Origin: Promethearchaeia archaeon
Lineage (GTDB): Archaea; Asgardarchaeota; Lokiarchaeia; Sigyniarchaeales; SOKP01
DNA: 64,000 nucleotides
Reading direction: 5' to 3'
NCBI GenBank assembly: GCA_046483985.1
Contig: JAWOCD010000084.1
Coordinates: forward strand, 1-64,000
The notes under the pieces were generated by a model. The model ran no database searches and had not been told where the DNA came from. It was given only the letters and a program-made list of their open reading frames with translations. Position 1 is the first letter of the stretch; every line of letters starts with the position of its first letter. This document shows positions 9,360 through 18,312 of the stretch, in pieces. The translations under genes and the position numbers were made by a program.

Positions 9360-10505
9360 TTATTCTTTGATTTCGTCTCCTGACACGGTAACTTCAGCAA
9401 AGATATTGGCAATTTCCACAAATATAGGTACTTCCACTCTACAAAGTTGACCGAGGATCCATTTATTAACATCCTTTAAGAGGAATCGAATTTGGGAATG
9501 GATCTGCTTATGTACTTCGGAGTCCTTAATATTCGAAAGCCAAAGCGAACCCCCCAATCGGTAAGCAATAATTTTAATTAAAGGTTCAAACAATGACTCA
9601 ATTACATTTTTCATCATCCAAGATTTGGGGATAACACTCATATTGGATTGATCAAAACTTGGGTCTCTCAAAATAGGGTTTGTTTCATCAACCGAAAGCT
9701 TGGGCATAAAACTTAGAATTAAAATCAACGCAAAGATGGCCGAGATGCCGTTAACAGTATAATCTCCCCCTATTTCTTTAAGATCGTCACGATTTACGGC
9801 AATATTAGCTAGAAACATACAAATAAAAATGGTCCTATCAAAATCTTCCGAGACGTATGCCTTTCCTATTTCCTCGTCTATTTCAATATACCGTTCATTT
9901 AAAATCTCCAGGATTTTATCCGGAAATGTATAAAAGGTATATACCTTTCGTTCGCTTCTTCTAACATCGTGTTCGACTACTAATTCTTTGGAAACTAATC
10001 CGAACATATCAATGAGTTCTTGGAGATGTTTCTGAACGTACTTCCTTGGGCGATTTGGATTTCCAAACATAGCATAAAATTGATGATCAACAATATGGAA
10101 ATCATTACGCGTGCTAAATGCCTCCACCATACGATCTATAATTGGGCCTTGTGTATCTTGAGCAATGGCTTTTGCCGACGAAGAAACAAATCCGTTGATA
10201 AGTTCATTAATAATAAAATCTTGTTCGTGGGTTCTTGAATCGAGGATTTTTTTAAAAGCTTCAGCGAAGTCCTGTGTGTCGGGGAAAAAGGACTCTTGAA
10301 TTTTTTCATTGATTGCCTCAATAAAGATCTTTCCATTATTTTTAGGAAAGTGAGTTTTCATATCGTTTAACCGCTGGAGTAAGGCTTTTCTGGCCCCAGG
10401 AATTGTTTCAATATCCCTTTCCTCCAATCTATTAATCGCTTCTCCCACACCTTTCATAAATTCTTGTAATAATCCTTTCCAAGTGGGATCTTGCAATTCT
10501 GTCAT
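9360..10505 (-). CDS. Hypothetical protein (381 aa), possible internal winged helix
   Basis: Long ORF; VQKHLQELIDMFGLV..YTFY resembles an HTH recognition helix plus wing. Confidence 0.72.
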   Translation of the reverse strand: MTELQDPTWKGLLQEFMKGVGEAINRLEERDIETIPGARKALLQRLNDMKTHFPKNNGKIFIEAINEKIQESFFPDTQDFAEAFKKILDSRTHEQDFIINELINGFVSSSAKAIAQDTQGPIIDRMVEAFSTRNDFHIVDHQFYAMFGNPNRPRKYVQKHLQELIDMFGLVSKELVVEHDVRRSERKVYTFYTFPDKILEILNERYIEIDEEIGKAYVSEDFDRTIFICMFLANIAVNRDDLKEIGGDYTVNGISAIFALILILSFMPKLSVDETNPILRDPSFDQSNMSVIPKSWMMKNVIESLFEPLIKIIAYRLGGSLWLSNIKDSEVHKQIHSQIRFLLKDVNKWILGQLCRVEVPIFVEIANIFAEVTVSGDEIKE

Positions 10506-10577
10506 TTTTCTAATTATTTTTGTCTAAATTATAATTAATTTAAATTCATTTTATATCCTAAATATCTATATAAAAAA

Positions 10578-11540
10578 TTACCAATTTATTTCTTCACCTG
10601 CCAATTTTAACGCCTCGATTATTGGCTTTACTTTCTTTTTATCGTAAAGATTGGGCGAAGAAACCCCCTTTTTTGCTTTCCATCCCAGCTGAACATTTTC
10701 CCCCATTTCTTTATGTCCGTATTTAATTAGATTTTGCAAATCCCTTACCCACCAGTAAAATCTTAACCATTTTTTATTTGGATTTTCTTTTGAATAAATA
10801 ACGACTAATGCTTTCCATTCACCCATCAGCCATTTGACAGTTAAACCTGCTTGAGGCAAATAATAATTTATGGGAAAGTTTGTGGTAAAGTTTAATTTTA
10901 TGTCCGAGGTGGGGATATTAAAAATGGGCTGATTATATCCTTCCAAAATAACAATTTCCCCACATTTAGGACATTCATAGTGGCTGCTTCCCCTTGATTT
11001 ATTCATTTTACTCTCACAATTAGGACATGTACGATTTTCAATAATCCTGTATTTCATAATGTCTATTTTTTTTTCTTTTAACAGTTGCTCTTCTGTTTTT
11101 TCGGTCTTTTTGCCGAATTTACCGTGCCAACCCCAGAAGTCATCGAATTTATCATCGATAAGTTCCAAAGCATCAATAACATTATGTAATACATCTTTTT
11201 CATGGATTTTAAACATTCCTCCGTGGGTATAGAAGGATTTCTTCCACCAAGAAATTCGAATGTAACGTTCCGATTTCAGGTATGCACTATGACAAATTAA
11301 TACTGCAATCCATCTTTTTTTTGATTTGCTAATAGTTATTCCTTTTTCGCAAATTTCATATTTTTTATTTATACTTGCATGGGTGTGGAAATATTCTCCA
11401 TCTTGGAATTTTCCTCCTCGTTCTTCTTCCTCCTTTTCTTCTCTTTCTTCTTTTTCCTTGATAATCTTTTTACATTTGGGGCATTGATAAATTCCAGCAA
11501 CTAATGTTTCCATTTCAATTCCACAATTTGGACATTCCAT
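10578..11540 (-). CDS. Protein with duplicated (zinc ribbon + PC4-like) unit
   Basis: CPNC..CPKC occurs twice, each followed by a related beta-rich segment (RYIRISWW / KWLRFYWW) and a helix (IDALE / IEALK). Confidence 0.7.
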   Translation of the reverse strand: MECPNCGIEMETLVAGIYQCPKCKKIIKEKEEREEKEEEERGGKFQDGEYFHTHASINKKYEICEKGITISKSKKRWIAVLICHSAYLKSERYIRISWWKKSFYTHGGMFKIHEKDVLHNVIDALELIDDKFDDFWGWHGKFGKKTEKTEEQLLKEKKIDIMKYRIIENRTCPNCESKMNKSRGSSHYECPKCGEIVILEGYNQPIFNIPTSDIKLNFTTNFPINYYLPQAGLTVKWLMGEWKALVVIYSKENPNKKWLRFYWWVRDLQNLIKYGHKEMGENVQLGWKAKKGVSSPNLYDKKKVKPIIEALKLAGEEINW

Positions 11541-11548
11541 ATTATTTT

Positions 11549-12646
11549 TTAATCCTCATTTGTTAGTATATAGCGTTCAAGGTCTAAATTTAATAATTTG
11601 ATTTTCTTTTTTGTAAAGGCACTAAGAACTTCTTTGATTTTAATTAATCGTTCTCTGAGTTTAATTAGTAAATTTTCTATTTCTGTTACGATATTATCTT
11701 CATTGAATGAAACTTTTTCGATAAACTCCAAGTATCCGTATTTTTTATCTGTTCCAGAATAATATTGTTTTATTTCCATCAATTGAGAGTCAATATCGCT
11801 CATTTCTATTTGGTATTCAAATAATTTAATCAAGGTTGATTTCCATTCTTGATAAATCTCTCCTTCTTCACTTCCTCGAAATTTAAACTTATCGGGTAAC
11901 TCTAATCCCTCTTCTTCAAGATGTTTCAAGATATCTTTCCCTTGATCTAACGCATTTTCAATTTCTGTGACCGAACTCGAACGCGTCAGTTTTTCATCAT
12001 AAATTTCAATCAGTTCCAATAACTTATTGTGCATTTTTTTAAATTTTTCATAGAACCTCTCTATGGTCACTTCGATTTTAATGGCTTGATAAATATTTCC
12101 GTATTGGTCCAAGATATAATACAGATCATCGGCAAGTGTGACATCATTTCCCCCTATCTCATAGATAAACGGATGAATTATCCCTGCCCCTCTCTCGCAG
12201 CGTACCCCCTTTAAACGAACTAGCGCGCTATTAAAGTTCCTCTTCGTCAGGAAACTGAATTTCTTTTTGATCATTGCAAAAAGGGTATCTTTGGGAACCA
12301 GTATTGTCTGCTCTTCGATAGTGACCGTTTCTTCACCTAATTTCACGATAAAATCGTCATCCTTTTGTTGATACTCTCGATATGTCCTGATGTTCTTCAA
12401 TAATCCAAGTTCGAGAGCAATTCTTGTGAATTCTTGGTCCCAGAAGGATTCGATGTTCCCTTTATGGATATCGTCTAGAATCAAGACTCGCTCGTATGAT
12501 TTGATAATAGATTTGTCAGACAAATCATGAAATAAATCATTTCGTATAACATACAAAAATAACACGATATATCTCATGTTTTTGTCATCCAAAATCTTTT
12601 CAATTAGCTGCTGGTCTTGTGCGATGGTTAGATTTTCGTGGCTCAT
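11549..12646 (-). CDS. Hypothetical protein, winged-helix-like segment followed by helical bundle/coiled coil
   Basis: 365-aa ORF; LTKRNFNSALVRL helix; heptad-rich C-terminal half. Confidence 0.72.
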   Translation of the reverse strand: MSHENLTIAQDQQLIEKILDDKNMRYIVLFLYVIRNDLFHDLSDKSIIKSYERVLILDDIHKGNIESFWDQEFTRIALELGLLKNIRTYREYQQKDDDFIVKLGEETVTIEEQTILVPKDTLFAMIKKKFSFLTKRNFNSALVRLKGVRCERGAGIIHPFIYEIGGNDVTLADDLYYILDQYGNIYQAIKIEVTIERFYEKFKKMHNKLLELIEIYDEKLTRSSSVTEIENALDQGKDILKHLEEEGLELPDKFKFRGSEEGEIYQEWKSTLIKLFEYQIEMSDIDSQLMEIKQYYSGTDKKYGYLEFIEKVSFNEDNIVTEIENLLIKLRERLIKIKEVLSAFTKKKIKLLNLDLERYILTNED

Positions 12647-12743
12647 TTAAGATTTCATTTATTGATTATTTGAACAATATAATTATTTTTATAGAAAAGA
12701 AGTTATATGATATTTATGCATCATACCAAAAAAATTTTGCGGT

Positions 12744-12761
12744 TTGAATTATGCAATTCAA
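12744..12761. promoter_or_regulatory. Palindromic operator candidate in the divergent promoter region
   Basis: TTGAATT-atgc-AATTCAA between the operon start (12646) and elf1 (12883). Confidence 0.3.
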
Positions 12762-12882
12762 GTTTATTTTTAAAAACCGTAAGAAATATTAGGTTTTACT
12801 TCCATTGATTATACAGAAAGAAATTTCATTTTTCTAAATAAATTTCTATTTTAAATTTTAATTAAATAGGTGAAGTATAAAA

Positions 12883-13461
12883 GTGGGTAGACGAAAGAGA
12901 AAACAGCCCAAGTACCGTAGGGTTAAGAAATTGCCCAAGATCTTTAAATGCCCTCAATGTGGAGAAAAATCCATAAAAGTAGAGGATATTAAAAATTCAG
13001 CAATTGCCACAGTTAAATGTGGTAATTGTGGGCTTTCAAAAGAAGTTCTAATTAATTCCATATCAGAACCGGTTGATGCATTCGGAGATTTTATTGATAT
13101 TTATTATGCAGATCAAGAAATCCGTCGATTAGAGCGAAGAGCGGATAAATTAAAAAAGAAAGGCGAATTTGGAGAATTAGTTCTGGCATATTCTATTCTC
13201 GGGGACTTATGCAGAGCTAAGGCAGCAGAATCATTAGAAGGCGATGATGCCGATTTAGAAGAAGCAGAAGATTGGAAAACAAAAGCCAAGAAATATGATC
13301 GCCTCAAGAAAGATTCAGAACTCAAGTTAGATACACAAGACCTAGAAAGAGGAATTCAAACCGATGAAGAGAGCTTGTTTTCTGAACACGATGAGACGTC
13401 AATGAAAAAAGAAAAGGAGATAGATGACGTTTTTGAAGATCCTGGTTTCTTAGAATGGTAA
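12883..13461 (+). CDS. elf1: Transcription elongation factor Elf1 with long C-terminal extension
   Basis: MGRRKRK..LPKIFKCPQCG..CGNCG..EPVDAFGDFID. Confidence 0.88.
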   Translation: MGRRKRKQPKYRRVKKLPKIFKCPQCGEKSIKVEDIKNSAIATVKCGNCGLSKEVLINSISEPVDAFGDFIDIYYADQEIRRLERRADKLKKKGEFGELVLAYSILGDLCRAKAAESLEGDDADLEEAEDWKTKAKKYDRLKKDSELKLDTQDLERGIQTDEESLFSEHDETSMKKEKEIDDVFEDPGFLEW

Positions 13462-13476
13462 AATTAAAAACACCAA

Positions 13477-15204
13477 TTAACCTTCTCTATTTTTAATATT
13501 ACTTAGAATAAAGTTTTTAATCTTATCCGGAATATGCTTCCAAATAGGAAGGCGCAAAATCAAGGCAAAAAATTGGCGATAGTTCATATGCTTCTTCTTA
13601 ATTAAGTAGGACCAGTTGCGAAAGGCTAAACGATTAAAAAGGCGCAAGAGATTAAACCCGAATGGATTATATTTAGATCTTAAAAAACGGGCCAAAGCAA
13701 CGGTAAATTGAGAACGGGTTTGTGGTTTTGTCTCAGGATAAACAGACTCTGAGAGAGAACGGTGAAAAATCTCATAAATTGATATAATAGGGATTAGCCG
13801 TTTGAGGCTTTTTTTTATCTTCTCATCATATGCAGGATCATCTAAGGAAAGCAATGTAAGGTCATTTAATCTCTTTAAAGCATAATCAAAATGACGTTCT
13901 TTAAAATATAACCACATTTTAGCCATATGGTCCCGTAGATCTTTTATCTCATCTAGAATCTCTTTTTCATCAAACTGGAAATTATTTTGCTTCTCAAACA
14001 ATTTAATGTAAGAGATTAAAATCGAATTGATTGACTCGGGTTCTTTATTATCTCTTTCTTCAAATGAGGAGATATAAGAAATTTGTGTTTTTTTCTCCCG
14101 AGGATTATGAACCGTATGGGTATACAACGGCGTATTAAATAATAATTCAATCAAATCTTCAATCAATTTCTTATAGAGATGATATTTTTCTATTTTTGGA
14201 TACTTTTCAAATAGATTCTCAGTTAGATGAGAAAACCTTTTATACTGCTCGAACCAAAACTTGAGTTTATCGGTAAATTCAAGCTGACTAATTAGATTTT
14301 GCCGTTTCTTTTTATAAAAACGGAGTTTTTTGATGAGCGCATTTCTGACTTCCATTACCTTTTTAATATAGCCATAAAAATTGACATCATATTTCTCTTC
14401 TATCTCTCCGTGTGTCATGAGAGATAATTTCCGATGTTTTTTTCTGGTAGCATATTCCCTCTCCACGCTCATCGCATGGTCTCCAATGGTATAATTAAAT
14501 ATTATACTTTCTAAACTTTCCCATAATGAGGAAAATACTCCTAAGAAAGAGGGATCATTCGTATAATACCCATGTAAGAGCGTATCTATCCCCTTGTAGA
14601 TGTTATCCTCATATTCTGAAATAATGACTGATTCAAATTCCCCAGGATGATGACGTTTAAATTCAATTTTTTTATCCGCGACTAAATAAGTCAATTGATT
14701 AATGCGATGGCACACCGTATGACTCCACTTAAACAAAGGTTCTAATATTTTTCCTACGGTTAAAAAATACTGGTAAAAATCGGGTCCAAAATAAATGGGC
14801 ATACCAAAGCCACGAGATGTGGCAAAAATGAATTGAAAAACATTCCGGGTTTTCTCGCCTTTTAAGAGTCCGGGGAATTTAAAATGCAGAACATATCGGG
14901 GAAACAGTGCTTGGAGACCCAAATTCATCCATGCTTCAAACAATATAATGGAATCTGGGAAACGAAAGGAATCTTTTCGCTCTGCGAAATCCTCATTAAG
15001 TTTTTCTAAAGCAGAAGGAATTGAGAATAACCAGTCCTTTTGATTTTTTAGGGTCTTTAATCCTTCTTTGAATTGCTTATAAAGAATTGGTTTGATCCTT
15101 TTTTGGATTTCTTGTTTTTTATCATAATAATTGTTGATAACCCGAAGTAATGAAAGAACTTCTAATATCCGCCTTTGAAGGTCATCAGCTATAGATACTT
15201 TCAT
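13477..15204 (-). CDS. Hypothetical protein (575 aa)
   Basis: Long ORF, no family recognised. Confidence 0.75.
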   Translation of the reverse strand: MKVSIADDLQRRILEVLSLLRVINNYYDKKQEIQKRIKPILYKQFKEGLKTLKNQKDWLFSIPSALEKLNEDFAERKDSFRFPDSIILFEAWMNLGLQALFPRYVLHFKFPGLLKGEKTRNVFQFIFATSRGFGMPIYFGPDFYQYFLTVGKILEPLFKWSHTVCHRINQLTYLVADKKIEFKRHHPGEFESVIISEYEDNIYKGIDTLLHGYYTNDPSFLGVFSSLWESLESIIFNYTIGDHAMSVEREYATRKKHRKLSLMTHGEIEEKYDVNFYGYIKKVMEVRNALIKKLRFYKKKRQNLISQLEFTDKLKFWFEQYKRFSHLTENLFEKYPKIEKYHLYKKLIEDLIELLFNTPLYTHTVHNPREKKTQISYISSFEERDNKEPESINSILISYIKLFEKQNNFQFDEKEILDEIKDLRDHMAKMWLYFKERHFDYALKRLNDLTLLSLDDPAYDEKIKKSLKRLIPIISIYEIFHRSLSESVYPETKPQTRSQFTVALARFLRSKYNPFGFNLLRLFNRLAFRNWSYLIKKKHMNYRQFFALILRLPIWKHIPDKIKNFILSNIKNREG

Positions 15205-15270
15205 TTCCGAGGATGGACCCCAAATGTTACTATTATTTATTATAGTACTAAATTACCTAAATATATAACC

Positions 15271-15540
15271 GTCAAAAAAAATTTGGACAGATCGGGACAA
15301 ACCCGACAGATCCTCAGAGGATCGCTGACGGACGATCATGGTAAACGGTACATAGCACGCATCAATGACTTATGCATAAAAACCCCGTGATTACGCGTTG
15401 GCAATATTACGGGCGGCATTTAAATCGGCGTCAAGCCGATAGGTTTTTGATGTTGATGATGATTTTAAAGACTACACTGTGCACTTTTTGATGGCCGACA
15501 TTTAAAGTTGATACATATTTCTGGATCTTTTCTACTCCGA
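15271..15540 (-). mobile_element. Decayed IS200/IS605 tnpB 3' end with structured downstream sequence (omegaRNA/right-end-like)
   Basis: Minus strand 15441-15391 reads YRLDADLNAARNIANA* (TnpB/Cas12f RuvC-III motif); hairpins at 15309-15323 and 15292-15306; ends in TTGAC (15275-15271). Confidence 0.6.
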
Positions 15541-15849
15541 GGGGTACAAAAAGGTGATAGATTCAGATTTCGTTGTGAGGTCAAAATGCCCCACTAATTC
15601 ATTATTCTGTTCTATTAATTCCTTCATAAAATCTTCTCGCTGAGTGGCACAATCATTATCTCTGAATCATTTTGTCCCAAATCGCAGTAACTGGCTAGTA
15701 AAACCCGAAAGGATGCTCGAGGGTATTTTATTAAATATGAAATTCTGAAAAAAAGAATATAAAAAATTCAAACTTTGTCATTTTAGGTAGAAAACTATAT
15801 CCTCAATCAAGAGGGTATCTTGGGGGATCTCCTTACCTTGGGGGCGAGA

Positions 15850-16374
15850 TCACTTCTTAGATTTTCTTTTCTTGAACAATGACTTCAATTCCCCCATAAT
15901 GGCTCCACGCAAGGAAACTGGGTTATTCCCTCCGCCTCCGCCTCCACCAGGACCTTTTGGTGGTCCTCCTGGTGATCCGCCTCCACCAGGACCTTTTGGT
16001 GGTCCTCCTGGTGGTCCTCCTGGTGGGCCGCCTCCGCCAGGACCTGGTGGTGGTCCTCCTGGTGGTGGTGATCCACTGGGAGCTGAGGGAGGTGAACTTC
16101 CTGGAGCTGAAGGGGCTCCTCCGCTTCCTGGAGCTGAAGGGGCTCCTCCGCCTTTGGTTTTAAGCGTATTTATCTGTTTATTCATCTGATTTACTTGTGA
16201 TTCAAGGTTACTGATTTTATTATCTAAATTTGAGATGCTTTCATCAACGAGATCCGGTATCTTAAGAACAATAGTCATCAGTTTTTCGACAATCTCACCG
16301 AACGCATTTACCTTTTCCTCAAGCGATTTATCCTTACTTATAAACCCCATAAATTCTTCGGTAATAAAAATCAC
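15850..16374 (-). CDS. Coiled-coil + Gly/Pro-rich protein with C-terminal basic amphipathic helix (VASP/NPF-like architecture)
   Basis: Heptad repeat N-terminus, GGPPPGP repeats, C-terminal SLRGAIMGELKSLFKKRK. Confidence 0.8.
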   Translation of the reverse strand: MIFITEEFMGFISKDKSLEEKVNAFGEIVEKLMTIVLKIPDLVDESISNLDNKISNLESQVNQMNKQINTLKTKGGGAPSAPGSGGAPSAPGSSPPSAPSGSPPPGGPPPGPGGGGPPGGPPGGPPKGPGGGGSPGGPPKGPGGGGGGGNNPVSLRGAIMGELKSLFKKRKSKK

Positions 16375-16502
16375 CTTAAAAATTATTATTGAAATAATAT
16401 CGTATTGTTTTGTTTAATATATTTGTATTATTATTATTTAATAAATTTAAGTCAATTCTCGGACAAAGTCTAATAAAAAATTGGAAAAATATTCTTAGGA
16501 TT

Positions 16503-17126
16503 TTAACTTAAATCAGTTATAGTTTCTCTGAGTTTAGCCCACAGTTCATTTATTTCTTTGCGAGCTTGTACAAATTGCTCCATTTTTTTCATCAAGATCT
16601 CGTGCGCTCTATCGAACGACCGCTGGGCATCGTTTAATTCATTATCTAATTCGATCATTTTATCGCCTTCAATCATCTTATTTTTACTTTCTTCCACATC
16701 TAACGCTTTTTTAATGACATTTTCCCGCTTATCGGCGACTTCTTCGATCGCTTCCGCTAATTCATATTTCTTCTCAACGAAGTATTCCTTCCTTACCGCT
16801 AAATCTTTGATGGCATTGCGATATTTTTTATTATTGTCAACATAGGTTTCATTATCATGAATTAGGCCTTGAAACATTTTCACATCTTGCTCTGAAATGT
16901 TCGATTTCTTCTCTCGATTTAAAGTTTGCATTTGTTTTAAGGCATCTCTCAAGGTTCTATTCAATGATTCACGGGCAATATTCATATCGGCAAGGCGATC
17001 GGCCAGCTTTTTTTGATATTTGACGACTTTCTTTTGGCGTTTTGCTAAATCCTCGATTTTATCAACCACTTCGTCCTCTGTGTCCGCTAACTCTAACTCA
17101 TCCTCATGGGTAATAATAGGACTCAT
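16503..17126 (-). CDS. All-helical protein, BAR-domain-like
   Basis: 207 aa of long amphipathic helices; last helix ELNDAQRSFDRAHEILMKKMEQFVQARKE resembles SNX-BAR helix 3; GAGGT upstream. Confidence 0.55.
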   Translation of the reverse strand: MSPIITHEDELELADTEDEVVDKIEDLAKRQKKVVKYQKKLADRLADMNIARESLNRTLRDALKQMQTLNREKKSNISEQDVKMFQGLIHDNETYVDNNKKYRNAIKDLAVRKEYFVEKKYELAEAIEEVADKRENVIKKALDVEESKNKMIEGDKMIELDNELNDAQRSFDRAHEILMKKMEQFVQARKEINELWAKLRETITDLS

Positions 17127-17252
17127 ATATTCATTACCTCTTTCTTAAAATATTTCTTCAAATTGGTAGATTTAATGATTATTTTTATATATATTATATT
17201 GCTTTGTAATTTCTATTAAATATTTCTTTTGTAAAGAATTGAGAACAATATT

Positions 17253-18302
17253 TCAGATCGGCAGATCGCGATCGGGAAAAAGAGCCGTTATTAAATTATA
17301 TTTAAAATTTGCCTTGATGACCCGCGCTTTGACGTGTTTATGTTTCATTTGGTCCCGAAAGGTGTATGGATGACGTAAAAGGAGTTTTATTCCAAAAGAA
17401 TCATCAATTTTTCCTATACATTCATTAGGATACCTCCCTTTGGAGATAATCTGTGCATTAATACTATCTCCTTCTTGGAAGGTATATGGCTTGAATTTTT
17501 TCCTCTCTTTAATCCCAAAATCTTCTGGGCCCAATTTGAGTTGTAAGTGATATTTCTCTTCTAATTCCTCCAACTGCCGGTAAAAATAATCCCAAGTTTT
17601 AGGTCGGATCTTTTTTAGGTGTCGTCCAGTCTTGTAAACGAGATATTTTTGGATGCCAATTTGAACCCGGGATTCATTATAACCTTCATTCCTCAATTTG
17701 AGAACCAGTTTAATGATATCCTCAATATCCTTATCATTTTCTCCCGGAAACCATACTGGGGCCAGAAGAACATCAATTCCTCTGTCCAATAAATATCTAA
17801 TATTTTCGAGGAGTTGGGTTACATTATAATTCGAACAGCCGTGTAAATAGCACGCTAATTTCTCATTCAATGTATTAAGGCTTAAATTAATACGGGTTAA
17901 ATTGGCGTGGTGTAAGTCGTCAATAATGGATTTATTTAATAGTACTCCATTACTCTGCATTGAAATTCGTGTAATCCCTGACAGTTTCCATAGTTCTTCA
18001 ATCAAAAAAGTTAAATGAGGATATAATAAACTCTCTCCATAGGGGGCAATATGAATCTCAATGTCTTGCTGTCCCTTGTAGTGGACTATATCTTTGAGAT
18101 TTTTCAACAGATAATCGGGATCGATGATAAAATTGGTTTCATATCCGCCCGCATTGACGAAACAATATCGGCACTTAAGATTACAGATCGTGACAGGCTT
18201 AATCTCTAAAATGTTCGTTCCTCTGTCAACAATTCCCATAAAGTCAATACCAAATAGAGGTATTTGTGAGGATTCATCCACATAGATTATCTCTGCCGAC
18301 AT
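17253..18302 (-). CDS. Radical SAM protein, conserved archaeal family (COG2100-like) with C-terminal TRAM-like region
   Basis: IPLFGIDFMGIVDRGTN, CNLKCRYC, VLLAPVWFPG. Confidence 0.85.
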   Translation of the reverse strand: MSAEIIYVDESSQIPLFGIDFMGIVDRGTNILEIKPVTICNLKCRYCFVNAGGYETNFIIDPDYLLKNLKDIVHYKGQQDIEIHIAPYGESLLYPHLTFLIEELWKLSGITRISMQSNGVLLNKSIIDDLHHANLTRINLSLNTLNEKLACYLHGCSNYNVTQLLENIRYLLDRGIDVLLAPVWFPGENDKDIEDIIKLVLKLRNEGYNESRVQIGIQKYLVYKTGRHLKKIRPKTWDYFYRQLEELEEKYHLQLKLGPEDFGIKERKKFKPYTFQEGDSINAQIISKGRYPNECIGKIDDSFGIKLLLRHPYTFRDQMKHKHVKARVIKANFKYNLITALFPDRDLPI

Positions 18303-18312
18303 TCTTATTCGT

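Noticed and set aside
3680-12646. Calling the operon Wadjet/MksBEFG
   Set aside because: The SMC-like protein is short and lacks ATPase motifs, and no JetD/Toprim gene is evident
15175-15720. RNase P or SRP RNA, or the 71-aa plus-strand ORF
   Set aside because: Conserved RNase P and SRP motifs not found; the minus-strand TnpB motif explains the region better
15872-16189. Pro/Gly-rich plus-strand ORF and other alternate-frame ORFs here
   Set aside because: Antisense shadows of the GGN/CCN repeat; the minus-strand gene has the RBS and the coiled coil
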